A stretch of 57,856 nucleotides of DNA, filler included, from Trypethelium eluteriae (lineage: Eukaryota), in NCBI GenBank assembly GCA_051942245.1. It is 2 parts of 2 records of this genome, joined end to end, with 100 filler letters (N's around TTAATTAATTAA, not from the genome) between each part and the next. Parts side by side here need not be neighbours in the genome. Positions count along the whole stretch, not along the records: positions 1 to 28,893 come from JAVECL010000300.1; positions 28,994 to 57,856 come from JAVECL010000301.1. The stretch is one strand, 5' to 3'. Under the pieces are notes generated by a model. That model had not been told where the DNA came from. It was given only the letters and a program-made list of their open reading frames with translations, and did not search any database. Positions within the stretch are counted from its first letter, which is position 1. Each line of letters begins with the position of its first letter. The position numbers and the translations under genes are program-made. Positions 23,046 to 35,353 of this stretch are shown here, one piece after another.

Positions 23046-24317
23046 TCAGGGCACAGGAGCAACGGCGCCATTGAGATAGGGTTCGCCGCTCGCCGGAGGA
23101 ACCCCAAAGCATGTCACGAAGTCATCGAACAGAATTGTACGACCGTGATTGAGGCCCGCCAAGTCAAGGGAGAGAACCTTATCTCGCTGGTGATCCAATT
23201 GCTTCTCCCCGTAATCCGTAGAGAGGGGAAGTTTACTGACCTCGTTCACATCAACCATCTTGTCACCTTCCACTCGAACTTCGCGATCCCTTAACTTCCG
23301 CATCAGCTCAAGGAACTTGCTATTCCCAAACTTTGCACTCTGGTTATCCGCAACCGATTCGAGAAGCTGCGCTGCTGTGGCAGCTAAGTCATCCGCATCA
23401 TCTTGTGCTTGCTGCGTTCGTTCCTGGTCGCTCTCGTGCTGCGGCTCCTCGAATTGCTGTCCTGCTGGGCCCACATTTGCATCAAATGTAGGTAAGCCAT
23501 CTTCAGCAAACGGCACACCTGCCTTTTCCATGACTCGTTGGGCTTCGAACCGCCCATGCAGCTCCGCAGCCGCATTTCGCGTCTCTTCTGCGTCTTGAAG
23601 TCGCTCGGTCTCGGCTTGAGCGGCAAGATGATTGCTCGGCTCCTGTCGAGCCTCGTATCCGTCGATATCTTCACTAAGAGCATCAAACGCTCGTGTAAAT
23701 GCAGCATCATTGTAGATGTCTTGCTTGTGTTTCGCGTGCGCTTCAGTAGACAAGTGATTGCCTAACGAACTTGGCCCAGCCATACTACTCATTTGCGATC
23801 GAAATTGAGGAATCGTGGAGTACACATTCTGAGGCGCATAATTTCTGTTTATCTGTTGGGAAGAGGTTTGCTGTCGTATGAACTCTTCGTGCCATGGGGA
23901 GACAGGGGCAGCTTTCGGGTCGCTCTGCAGATGTAACCGGGACGCCGGTGTATGGGATTGCGGTTGATATTGAGGGGAGACATGTAAGCGCTGGAAATCT
24001 GCAGCCCAGTCTGGGAGTATTGACGGTCCGGGACTCGCTTGAGGTGGCGGTTGGAAAGGGACCTGTGCTTGCAGAGGTAGTGGGTGACCTGCTTGGAAGG
24101 CCTCGAATTCGGGATCTAAGATGCCGGCACTAGGGCCTGGCGGAGAACGAAAAGACTTTATACCGTCAGAATCCTGGTCGATAATTGAGAAAAGGTAGCG
24201 TACCTCCTGGGCATTATGCCGCGAAGCAATACGATCTTGTTGCAAAGTTCTGTCTGCAGATGTCTGCTTCTGTAAGTTCTGCAGAGGATTAGAGGGGCCG
24301 CAGAGCGGGTCCCCCAT
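23046..24317 (-). CDS. PEX20: Peroxin 20 (PTS2 co-receptor); 3' end uncertain
   Basis: N-terminal LCGPSNPLQ with the conserved Cys; WxxxF motifs WAADF and WHEEF; Pex7-binding SKFLELMRKLRDREVRVEGD; no TPRs. Intron 24156-24203; possible donor at 23240. Confidence 0.88.
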   Translation of the reverse strand: MGDPLCGPSNPLQNLQKQTSADRTLQQDRIASRHNAQEVRYLFSIIDQDSDGIKSFRSPPGPSAGILDPEFEAFQAGHPLPLQAQVPFQPPPQASPGPSILPDWAADFQRLHVSPQYQPQSHTPASRLHLQSDPKAAPVSPWHEEFIRQQTSSQQINRNYAPQNVYSTIPQFRSQMSSMAGPSSLGNHLSTEAHAKHKQDIYNDAAFTRAFDALSEDIDGYEARQEPSNHLAAQAETERLQDAEETRNAAAELHGRFEAQRVMEKAGVPFAEDGLPTFDANVGPAGQQFEEPQHESDQERTQQAQDDADDLAATAAQLLESVADNQSAKFGNSKFLELMRKLRDREVRVEGDKMVDVNEVSKLPLSTDYGEKQLDHQRDKVLSLDLAGLNHGRTILFDDFVTCFGVPPASGEPYLNGAVAPVP

Positions 24318-24614
24318 ACTCTTAACGAGTGTATGCTAGCGTAGGATAGGCTATGGCGTTGCTGATTGTGGCATTAAACATTTGTATGAAGCGAATTTGA
24401 GTATCAACGGTACGAGGTGGAAGTGTAGATGCTGCTGTATTTTCTAAACCTCGGCCCGGGCAAGGACGATGATGATGCGCGCAGCAATCTAAAGTTATCA
24501 GATGCGGATCAACTTCGGGTCGATTCCTGAAATTGTTCCAGGCCACCTTTGGTCCTTTTGCGAATGTTGAAGCTGAGACATTCGTAGATTACTTTCCCCG
24601 CCGTTACCCACGTT

Positions 24615-25816
24615 ATGGTATGTCAAGGGCAAGTTGAATATAATTTCCAATACTGATTCTGTCTAGGCGCAAGTTATAACGAATTCCGGTCACGAGGACA
24701 TGATCGTACGACTCCTTACACTGGAAAACTCCATGAGTAAACAAATGCGACCCAGTTGAGCTTAAGCTAATTTCCATGCGCTGTAGCATCATGCCGTCCT
24801 CGATTACTACAGTCGCCGCCTCGCAACTTGCTCTTCAGACCAAACCATAAAAATTTTTGAAATTGAAGGGGAACAACATCGTCTTTCAGATACCTTACGT
24901 GGGCATGAAGGAGCAGTTTGGTGCGTCGAATGGGCACATCCAAAATATGGCAATATCCTTGCAAGCTGCAGCTACGATGGCAAGATATTGATATGGCGTG
25001 AGCAGAATGGTCAATGGTAGGTATCTCCAAAATCCAGGACAATAATGCTATTTCTCTACACGGCTTACCCAGTCTCTTGCCCAATGCTTCTCTAGAACAG
25101 CCGCCATATCCAGACCTCCTTGCCTTCTGAGCGCAACACACTAATCCTCCTCCAGGCAAAAAATCATGGACTTCGCCCTCCACACCGCCTCCGTAAACCT
25201 CCTCAGCTGGTCCCCGCCCGAAACCGGCTGCCTCCTCGCAGCCGGCAGTTCAGACGGCGCCATCTCCGTCCTCGAATTCAAAGACGCCAACTGGAACCAC
25301 ACGACCTTCGCCGCGCACCCCCTAGGCGTGAACTCCGTCTCCTGGGCGCCCGCCCTCGGCCCCGGCGCCCTCTTCGCCGCCCAACCCACCACCACAAGCT
25401 CGACCACCCCCAACCAAACCTCGACGCCGCAGCGACGCCTCGCGAGCGGCGGCTCCGACAACCTCGTCAAGATCCGGGACTGGGACGCTGCCGAGGGCTG
25501 GCGCGAGACGGTTGCGCTGCCCGGCCACTCCGACTGGGTGCGCGACGTCGCGTGGTCGCCGACGCCGCTCACGCGCACGTATCTGGCGTCGGCGTCGCAG
25601 GACCACACGGTGCGGATTTGGACGACGACGCAGCCGGGGAGCGGCGATGCGAATGCATGGAGCGCGACGGTGTTGCAGTTTGAGGCTGTGTGTTGGCGGG
25701 TGAGCTGGAGTTTGAGCGGGAACGTATTGGCGGTTAGTACGGGGGATAATCGGGTGAGCTTGGGGAAGGGGGGGTTGGGGGGTGGGTGGGAGACGTTTAA
25801 GGTGCTGGACGGTTGA
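24615..25816 (+). CDS. SEC13: COPII/nuclear pore WD40 protein Sec13
   Basis: ATG followed by introns 24618-24666, 24706-24786, 25017-25155. Translation [31 protein letters not shown]...[12 protein letters not shown]...[13 protein letters not shown]...[15 protein letters not shown]. Confidence 0.95.
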
Positions 25817-26166
25817 AAGGCATAGGCGGAGTGTATGTGGTTGCGCTTGGGGTTTCTACTCGTGTGGATGAATGGGCTGGGAGCTCCTACCCAATGTAGT
25901 TGTAGTAGAGCGGTGGAGTTTAGGCTCACGGCGTGGAAGAACGGCATTTCTACTGGTTGCACCTCTTGTGGCATGCGAGGCTGTTGGCCAATCATTTGTG
26001 GGCCGCTTAGTCTCGATATATTAAGGGCGATGTTCTTGCAAACAAAGAGGTCACCTTTCAGGTGGAAACCCGTTAATCTACTAGTATTTGACCCGCCAAC
26101 TGGTGAAAGAAAGCCGATCAAGTGAACACGTTCCCAGACTCATATCGCACACTCGCCTGGTAGTCA

Positions 26167-28150
26167 TCATTCTATTGTTTCCTCCACTGCTTCGTCCTCC
26201 GTTGCTTCGTCCTCCATCGTTTCCTCCTCCATTGCTTCGTCTTCCGTTGCTTCGTCCTCCGTTGCTTCGTCCTCCATTGCTTCATCCTCCGTTGCTTCCT
26301 CCGTTGCTTCCTCCTCCATTGCTTCCTCCACCGTCGTTTCCTCTTCTATTGCTTCCTCCTCCATTAGCTTCTCCTCCATTGCTTCCTCCTCTAGAGCTTG
26401 AGCATCATTGGCGATCCATGCGAGAAACACTCCGGGGGGAGGAAGCTACGAATTTCATCAGCCGACACCACTCAAAAGATCAAATAAAACTAAGCCCTGT
26501 ACCTCCAGAGGGCGTTTCTGAATAACGTAAAGACATCTGGAAACGACTATTCAGAACCAGAAAAGCACTCACATAATCAGGGTTTAGAATTTCTCTTGCC
26601 AAACTGGCCCGCCCCAGCATCATTTGTCCGCCCGGGAGAACAACTCCCTCATACTGAAATACTGGGATCTGCTCACTCGTTTCGACGTCGGTGTCATATC
26701 TTACCATTACAACACGTTGCCACCCAGAAATCCCCATCTGAGGTGGGAGTGGATTCAGCCATCCAGTTGCCTCGAAGACATTCTTATCCTCGTTGCCTTC
26801 GATATTATCGTTGCCGTCGATATCAAAACGCTTCGATTGAGCGCGGAGAGCATCGGGGTCGGATGCTCTTGATGGTAGGGCGGGAACGCAGAACTCGAAC
26901 GTGGCGTTCCAAGAGACTCGAGGATGTTCGGAAATTGTGAAGACGAGTTCCTGATAATGCCTTGTTAGAAAAATGGGAGAACCCAAACCTAGCTTCTTAC
27001 CCCAAAATCTTCGCCTATCCCTGGCAACATCTCATCGCTTAGAGGGCCGCCGAAGGGTGCCTGGTCAATTGCCGCCTGGAAATTCTTAACGGAGATAGAT
27101 GCTAGGTCTGTCAGCCAGTGGTCTCTCAGTTTAAATGACTGCTCTGTGAATACATGTTGTAAATAACCAGCGTTTCCCCAAACCGTTAGTCTCACTACCA
27201 AGATGCCTGTCGAACCTGCGTACCAACCTCTCTCGATCCAATTTTGCAAAGCTCGGGTAGAGAGTGTAAAAATTTTTCCGACTCAGATGGATCTTGAAGA
27301 AATTGAGTACCTCAACAAGCCAGGCATCATTCACCCGGAGTGGAGTACCCGTGAGACCGTGGGTTATTGGATTCGTCGTAACCCTACTGTAAACTACACG
27401 CTGTATGCCTGCATAGTCCACTGGGGGAGGGGTGAAATCAGAGCCCAGAATATAAGGAGCCAGGACTAGTTGCACAAGGTTAAGTAGTCGGTGTCGGTGT
27501 CGAGCCGTAGCTGCCATCGTCAAGTTTGTGGGGGGCCATGAACCTCGCTGCCGGTGTATATTCAGGATATTAGTACGCGTGATCAAGCTCCAGATGGCAC
27601 TAATGTTCCGTGATGCTGCGTGCGGAAGGGGAGACGCTTCTGAAATGAGCACAACTAGTAATTTCAAGTAATGCTGCTCAGCTGGCGTTTGTCCTGCAGA
27701 GAACCTAAAGTCCTGGCGTAATAGTAGGCGTCGGCTTTGGTACTTTTGCATCATGGAGTCGTTGCTGTCGCCATTGTTGGATTCAAAAGTCGCCATGAAG
27801 AGTTTTCGGTAGAAGTTGGGGTTTTGACAGGCTTCGCGAAACTTGCTACATGTTAAGAACCAGTTTACAAGATAGGTGTCCACTCCCTTGTAGTCAACGA
27901 CTTGATCTTTCGGATCGCTGCTGTTCAGCCTGCGCGGTCTGGGTACGAAGCGATCGAAAGGATCGAACGGAGCGACGCCATAAGGCAGAGCTACCCAGAA
28001 TCCGATTTCCCCGAGAATCTAAATCAAGATTGAAACAGTCAACAAAACCACCCAAAACCTTCTGGGGGTTTCCTCGATGTTCAAATGTCGAAATGGAAAG
28101 CTAAGCATTGGCGTACTCACCTCCAAAGGTAGATTCTTGAGGCTGGACAT
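26167..28150 (-). CDS. F-box-like fungal protein with acidic repeat tail
   Basis: Exon 1 28121-28150 (MSSLKNLPLE) splices to 28018 (ILGEIGFW...) in frame with ORF 27131-27883. Later exons give GWLNPLPPQMGISGWQR, YEGVVLPGGQMMLGR and GVFLAW. Last splice junctions tentative. Confidence 0.7.
26170..26395 (-). repeat. 15-bp coding tandem repeat (EEEAM/EDEAT)
   Basis: About 15 units of ccattgcttcctcct / ccgttgcttcgtcct on the + strand. Confidence 0.9.
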
Positions 28151-28893
28151 GATTGCAACTGTACCCTTAGTGATCTTGCCAGTCGATAGAGCGACGCTAG
28201 AATCTGGGTACGTCCTAGTCCTCGTCCAAGAGTATGGTGGGTAGTAAGCGGTAGAAAAGTAAGTGAGGATAAACGAGCCAGACAGTAATCAAGGACTTCA
28301 CCTGCTCGGTTGCCTACACGACCCCACTTAACGCCGAATTCCACGAAACGCGTGTGTTGTGTGTTCTGGAAGTGTGTTGTCAACAGAAAGGCTAAAGTGA
28401 AGGGCTGCTGAGAAGTGAAAACCCGTCACCCAGGCACCATGTACAAACCAGAAGTCCCCGTGGTGAACCCCTGAAGAATTTGAAGAGGTTGGACGACCAA
28501 AAGTTCGAAATGCTCGATACTATGAAGTAATTGAGAAAATGTGTTTGCAACTAGAGATTCTGGTCAGTCATCAGACGTGTAGATAGGGGAAACCCCCTAG
28601 ACTCTCTCCGCAACGTTCAGATGAGTGGAGGACCGTAATTGACGATGTAAGTCTTTTATTTCATGATCTTGACTTTCCGATAATCGAAGGCATCCACGTA
28701 TATCATCAACTCAACGAGGCCTTCGAGTTGAACTCTTGTTTCAACCCGGCGTCCGTAAAGTCTCGTTGCCGCGCTACCCTCTCACCCATCAAATTAACAA
28801 TGCAGCCACGAGAGCCACCACGCACATTCCAATCGAACACCTCTCTCTCCCCGTCCATGCTCCACCCTTCACAGGGGAACTACTCGCCAGTCC

Positions 28894-28993
28894 NNNNNNN
28901 NNNNNNNNNNNNNNNNNNNNNNNNNNNNNNNNNNNNNTTAATTAATTAANNNNNNNNNNNNNNNNNNNNNNNNNNNNNNNNNNNNNNNNNNNN
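28894..28993. other. Assembly gap with artificial six-frame-stop linker
   Basis: 44 N, then TTAATTAATTAA (28938-28949), then 44 N. Confidence 0.97.
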
Positions 28994-29401
28994 GGGGAGG
29001 AGTTTGAATAGCGAGTTTAGGAATTTGTCAGAAGGGGTGTTGGGAACTTCGTCCGCTGCTGGATGGGGCTATGTTGCTATGCCGTAAATTTCGCCCTCAG
29101 ATGAGGATTTGTACGATTGGGAGGGAAGTATGGTTGCAACAGGTGGTTGAATACCTAAGATCTTGACAAGGGATATTCATTGCTGGCTGAGCGGAGATTC
29201 CAAAACTGGTTAAGAATATCGGTTGAGCTCACATCCGAGCAAATCAGATCGCCGGAATTGTTCCTATGCATCCAATCTCAATGTAACCAACAGTTAAGAC
29301 TAAGGGAGGTTGCTGCCAAAGCGAAGCGCCCGAGTACACACGGCCGTGATATTTCAATTGCATATCATTCCGTCATCTAAGACCAAGCTAGTCAAGTAGC
29401 C

Positions 29402-32400
29402 TCATGTGTAGCTCCGCATTGCATCCAGATATCCAGTTCCACCCTTCAAATCACGATCGAAGCTCTCTGCCACCTCAAGAACCTTCTTGATATGATCCAT
29501 GGAAAGGGCTTCTCTCTCATTGACTGCAAGAGCCTGAGCAGTGCGGACGACATTCTTGATCTAAGATTTGTCATTAGCTGCTGAAGTAGGTTGGCAGTGG
29601 AACGTTTATAACTGACCTGGCGACCGTTCATCGTCTTCCTAGCCAAGCTCTCAAAGTCACTATCCTTAAATGTTGCAGTCTCCACCCCCTCCACCGCCCG
29701 GCACTTCTCCACGAACATTCTCCATACCTCCTTCCTAGCCTTATGGTCAAGCTCCACGTATCTTAGAGCCACGTGTACACGACTCTGAATGGCATCGTCA
29801 AATGTCTCGACTCGGTTCGTGGTGAGGAAGAGAATACCCTGGAAGTATTCGAGCAGACGGAGGAACACGCTGACGAGCGCATTACGATGGATGTCGTGAA
29901 TCTCGCGACGCTCCAAGAAGACGTCCGCCTCGTCTAAAAGTAGAACTGCCCCCCAAGAGTGTGCGATATCCAAAATCTTCTGCAGCTCATGCTCCAGTCT
30001 GGCAGGGTCGGTACCCAGCTCACCAGCCGAGACCATGTATAATGGACACCTGAGTAACTCCGCGATCCCCTCCGCAGTCAGCGTCTTGCCTGTTCCCGGC
30101 GGGCCGTGTAATACTGAGACAAGGCCCTTGCCCTTCCCCTGGATCACATCATCGATCGTCTTTGCTGCATGGAACTTGTGCGACTCCACCAAGGCCTTGA
30201 CAATGCGCTTATGATTCGGCGGCATGACGAGTGCCTCGAATGCATTCTCATCCCACTCAATATCGCGCACTCCACTCAGACTAAACTCAAGCCACAGCTT
30301 CTCGCTGAACGCGAACCCGAGCACCACCGGCGACGCAATCAGCAGCTCCTCCTCGGTGAACTGCCGCTGCACCTTCCCCTCGCTACCACCTTCTAGCCCC
30401 TCAAGCTTCTGGTTGCGGATCTCGGCGCCGTTCTCATCCACCGGCACCTGCACCACGATGGGTTCGTTATCTTTGTCCATGACAACCTTGTACTTGGTGC
30501 GCTCTTCCTTCTCCTCGCGATCGTCGGCGCCCGACCGGGTGTGTTGAAGCGCCAAATCATTGTCGTCTGAATCTTCGTCATCACAGCAACAGCAGCAGGA
30601 AGAGCCGTCGTCCTCGTCGCTATCATCCATGCCAAAGTAGTCGTCGTCCTCCTTGGGTTGAATCTGCGAGATCTGGTAGTTAGGGTTGATGCGACGGAAG
30701 ATGGCCGGGTCGACCATGATGCGGCCATTGATGTTGACTTTAGCGACTGTCTTCTTGCGCTTCTGGAAGGCGAGGCCCTTATGGAACCGGTAGTTCATGC
30801 CTTCCATGGCGACGAAGCGCTTGCCACGCTCGATGAGCTTCTGCTTCAGTTCCTCGGGCTCCTTGTGGTATTGTAGCGGGTAGGTGGCGAGACTGGTGAT
30901 CTTGCGGGGTCCTTTGAAGGAGTCTACGTTAACTTCAAAGTCGCCCATACCGTAGCTCTTCCCGTCATACTCGAGGTAACGGCCTTCGATACAATACCAC
31001 TCTCCTCTCATGAACGAGCATTCTTTATTCGCGTAGTCAACTTTGAAACACCGCGGATCCTCAGTAGAGCCGTATGTGTTGGTAAAGGCGATGGTGTTCG
31101 GCTTGAATAGTGCCCACAGGAGGTCGAAAGTGATGTTGCCTGCCTTCAGCATCGGGTTGAGGGTCTTTTTAACTTCTTCATAGTCATGGTTTAGGTATTT
31201 TAGCATGACTTTGCAGTGAGACCGCTGCTTGTCCAGGCGCCTCTTGGTCTTTCTCTTCTTCTCTTTCTTCAGTTTGGCTTTGAGAGTCTTCATGTGCGCC
31301 TTTAGCTCGTCACTGTAAAGGAAGAGCATATTCGGGTCAATGCTTGGCTGGTCCTCGACAAGTGATACGCCCTTCACGTCTTTCATCACTTCCTGAAGAG
31401 CTTCCTTAAGGAGAGTCGACTTGATATCGACAACAGTGCTCCTGTATTTATTCTCCCAGTCGAACTTCCGACGAACCGTGAAGACGTATTCGTTGAACTC
31501 ATCCTCTTCATCTTCCGCGCTCTCCTTGAGCTTGTAATTGTGAATTGAACTGTCCCACAACTCATCCACTCTCTTAAATTCCAAAGTACTTCCTCGTCTA
31601 CCTGCTCGCTTCTTCCTTTTCTTCAACTTGTTAGTTCTCGTGGCTACACGTAGGGCATTGCGCAGGTTACGCGAAGCGCTACGACCGGTGGCGCCAAGAC
31701 CGCCTGAGGCGCTGAGGCCTGCCATAAGTCGTTGCAATTGCTGTAGGTTTGCAGTCTCACTTGATTCTGCTTCAGCTTCACCATCTTCATCTTCAGCCTC
31801 TTCCTCCTCGTCATCGTCGTCTTGATGTCGCTTCGACCGCCGCCGTTTGCGGTGCCGCTTGCGTCGCTCTTCTTCTTCTGAGGAATCGTCGGATAAATCA
31901 TTGTCTGAATCTGCTGAGTCTGACGTTGAATCCGAGGACTCATGACGCTTCGACATTCGCTTCTTGGCCGCCTTTGCCTTCCGCCGCCGTGCTCTCCGTT
32001 TGCGTTGTTTACGCTTCTCGTCTTCGGACGAACTCTCGTCTGAATCGCTGCCTTCGTCTGAGTCGGAGTCGGAGTCGGAGTCTGAATCCTCGGAATCTTC
32101 GTCACTGGACTGATCCTTAGCCTTCTTTGACTTTTTGCTACGTTTCGAGTGCTTCCTGCGCTTCCTGTGCTTCCCAGTCTTTTTTGCTTTGGCCGATGTA
32201 GCATCCGTAGCTTTCACTTGATCTTCCGGCTTAAGCTCTGTCTGCACATTCGTCGATTGATCGTTGGTGGTGGGATCGGCATCAATGGTAGTCCTGTCTT
32301 CAGTAGCTCCGTCCATGTTAGTGCCTGGATCGCCGAATATCCTGGCGGCGACGTCTGCGTTGAGAAATATGCGGTCGTCGTCAGCGGCCTCTCGAAGGAT

Positions 32401-32499
32401 GTCCGAGGACTCAGATGGGGTGGAGCTAGGGGTGATGGGATTTTCGCTCTTTGTAGAAGAGGCGGGGGATTGCGTTTGAGTGGATTCACTCGCTGGCAT
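29402..32499 (-). CDS. Fungal single-AAA-domain ATPase with long charged N-terminus
   Basis: Walker A GPPGTGKT, Walker B LLLDEADVFL, LFLTTNR, NGRQ|IKN across intron 29561-29616; ends GGTGYLDAMRSYT*. Confidence 0.92.
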
Positions 32500-33408
32500 C
32501 AAGCGCAGTAGTCCTTAGCATTGGCATCTAATCTTCCAAGAGACCAGTAACGCGTTGGACACTCTGTATCGCGTGGTGGCACAGGAAAAAGGTGATTCTA
32601 CGTTCAACGGTGGAGGACGTCGAGAGGTATTTGCGGGGAAGGTGATTCGACACAAAGAGACAACGGAATGGAGCCGGTAGGTGGTGATTTATGAAGTGCT
32701 AACGATGACCAGAATCTGTAACCATGGGTATGAGTCCGGGGTCGGTCACCGCTCCTGCATCTGGGATCGTGAGGCTGAACTGCAGGTGGAGAATCGCCAT
32801 CACAATCAACGATGGATTTACACGGATCATTGTCGAAATAGCGTGTGGCGTAGTCTCTGGTGGGGCCTGCCTCGCCACGCCTGCCTTGGCCATCTGGGTA
32901 ACCGGCGAAGGCAGCGACTCAGCACTCACCCATTCACCGTGGCGAGTATTGAGACTCATCAAGTGGATCTAGGCTGCATCTTTGCTGCAGCCGGGATCTG
33001 ACTGGGATTCATATTGACTGACCTATCTTACGACCGCCCTTATGCCTTCTCACGACCAATGACTCTACCACAGTGACTAAACTGGCGCGCCTCAAGCGGC
33101 ATCTGCTCTCTCACGATCATGTTCGATGACTTTAGCGCTGCCGCCCAGCACTACTGCTCTCACAGCCGAGTCTTAATGCATCTGACTCCCGACTTGCATC
33201 CTCCAATTCGAGATGCAGCTGAGATTCAGGGCACATCCGGCATCATGTCCGTCCTGACCGATTCAATAATCAGATGCCAAATCATACCATATCACCCGGC
33301 ATATTCGGGCGTCTTCTGCCTACCCAATCAAGCCTGACGAGACCCGTTTCGAGGCATTGTCATCCATTGGACTCAATCAACACCCTCAATCAGGTTGCTG
33401 CCGTTTCT

Positions 33409-35353
33409 TTAAGAACTCGTGCTCGTGTCCTTTTGCTTCTTCAGATGTCCCAGCATGTGTTCTGGCGAGGTCTTCAGGTCCTGCTGAGGTTTGCCGTCTG
33501 GCAGATCTTCGGTTGAGATATGTTGTACACCTTTGATTACCCCCTCTATAGGACTGCCCATTAACTGCGGTGACGTAGTCTGGGGTATGCGTGGCGACGC
33601 TGCGTCAGATGTGTCCTGATTTCTGTGGTTTTCAGAGTTTTCTATCTGCGATGTGGCCTGCATGTCACCCGGGGGAGGTAGATCTGAAGATAGCGGCAAA
33701 GGCCCCTTATTCTTTGCTGATTCGCTCGCGGCTTCGTCACTATTGCTGACATCCGAGCGAACACCGGTCATCTCATCCGCCTCTTCCTTGGATTGGTTGG
33801 TGTTACCTTTTATGCTGTTCGCCCTGCTGACGGAAGCACTGATAGGGCTAGAGACTCGCAAGCCAAGATCTTTCCCTTCATCTGGTGTGCTGTTCTTCTG
33901 TCCTCTCCAATCAGCAGGTGCAGTTTGCGGGACCGCCTCGCCTTCCTTAGGCTCCTGTATAACCACAGAAGCTTGCCGGTCTAGACTGTCAATGGTACGC
34001 CAGACGACGGAAAGCTTGTCGAAGCATTGTGTTCCTTTTCTTGAACTTCCTTTGATTCCATCAATTGCATCCCATTCAATCTCAAAAACTCCAGAATCAT
34101 TAGGTTCGCCCTCTTTTTCCGGGCCTTGGCCTTCAAAAAAGGTGTTAAACCAGACATGAGCAACAGACGTGACCATAGTCCACCCCGCTGCTGCCTTGTT
34201 TCGTCTCTCGAAATCGATATTGATGTCGTTTGATGGGAGTACGACTCGTGCAGATGGTCTGAATATGACGTCGGCACCCTGCTCTTCATCTAATTGCGTG
34301 GACGCTTTCGAACTTTGCGATGAATCCTTAGATGTACTCGTACTGGTGGAAGTATCAGCTAGCGTCCTCGACCGCTTTGACTTCTTTATGCTGTTCGAGC
34401 GATTTATAACCTCAGCCACGACATCTCCCAGGTGTGTGTCTGCCTTGAGAACACCCCTGACAATCTGCCGTTCGTTCTTTTGAAACACGTGGAAAGTCTT
34501 GATTGTCTTTCCCTCATCGACAAACCCTTCCACCGAAATCTTGACCCCATCCCTCACCCCCCAGACATGGAGCTCCGTAATCTCCACCTGCCTCTCCACA
34601 TAGATCTTCCCATTCCTCGCCCACCGATCCACATACCCAATCCACCTCAGCTGACTCGGTATCGACACCCCGGCTCCAAACCCCGGCCTCATCCTCCTCT
34701 CTGTAAACCGCTGCAACGCCTCCTCCACCGTCCACCCAGCCTCCGCAATCAAATAACTGCACGCCGCGGTCCCACTCCTGCCCTTCCCCGCCTTACAATG
34801 CACCACCACCACCCTGTTCCCCTTCTTCTCTTCCCCCTTCCCCTCTCGATCCGTTTCCTTCAGCCAATTCCGCATGCTCGCCATGATCATCGGGATGAGC
34901 CGGAACGGCGGCGGATGGTGGTCTGGCCAAGGGTAGTGCCAGATGCGCCCGTAGACTTCCTTGTCCGGGTAGCCCGTGCCCTCGGCCCGGAACTCCCAGA
35001 TCGCCCATTCTGCGCCGTGCTTGGTGTCGAGGAACTTGACGAGGGTGTCGAGTGGGTTGCGGTAGGCGCGTTGGGGGTAGGTGCCGCTGGGGCCGGAGGT
35101 GGCGATGACTGTGGGGAGTGAGGAAAGGGTGGTTGGGATGTGCATGATTGCTTAGGGGTGCGAGGAGGATAGGGAATTTGGGAGGGAGTTATCATGCTTA
35201 CTGTTGTCGGTCACGTAGCAGAGGTCTAGACCAGCTTCTGGATGCCTTGCGCGAGGGCCGGCGACGATTTGGCGTAAGAGAGAAGCCTGAAGACTGTTAA
35301 CCGTTGTTGTCCCGAATACTCTTGATTAGAGGCAGAGATTAGTCGCGTACCAT
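33409..35353 (-). CDS. PTEN-like phosphoinositide/dual-specificity phosphatase
   Basis: MASLLRQIVAGPR...LDLCYVTDNIIATSGP through introns 35287-35350 and 35109-35201; WPDHHPPP loop; HCKAGKGRSG P-loop; AHVWFNTFFE in the C2-like region. Confidence 0.92.

Noticed and set aside
23046..24317. PEX5
   Set aside because: It shares the N-terminal Cys and WxxxF motifs but has no TPR domain; the Pex7-binding motif indicates Pex20.
25017..25155. Intronic box C/D snoRNA in the longer SEC13 intron
   Set aside because: A CTGA is present but there is no convincing box C or terminal stem.
25141..26121. 326-aa antisense ORF over SEC13, and similar shadow ORFs over GH76, the PTEN-like gene and NAM9
   Set aside because: These are expected from GC-rich, stop-poor antisense frames of real genes and show no motifs.
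26088..26525. Pro/Leu-rich plus-strand ORF
   Set aside because: It is the antisense reading of the 15-bp acidic repeat.
28938..28949. TTAATTAATTAA palindrome as a biological motif or target-site duplication
   Set aside because: It is centred in symmetric N runs and is a synthetic all-frame-stop contig linker.
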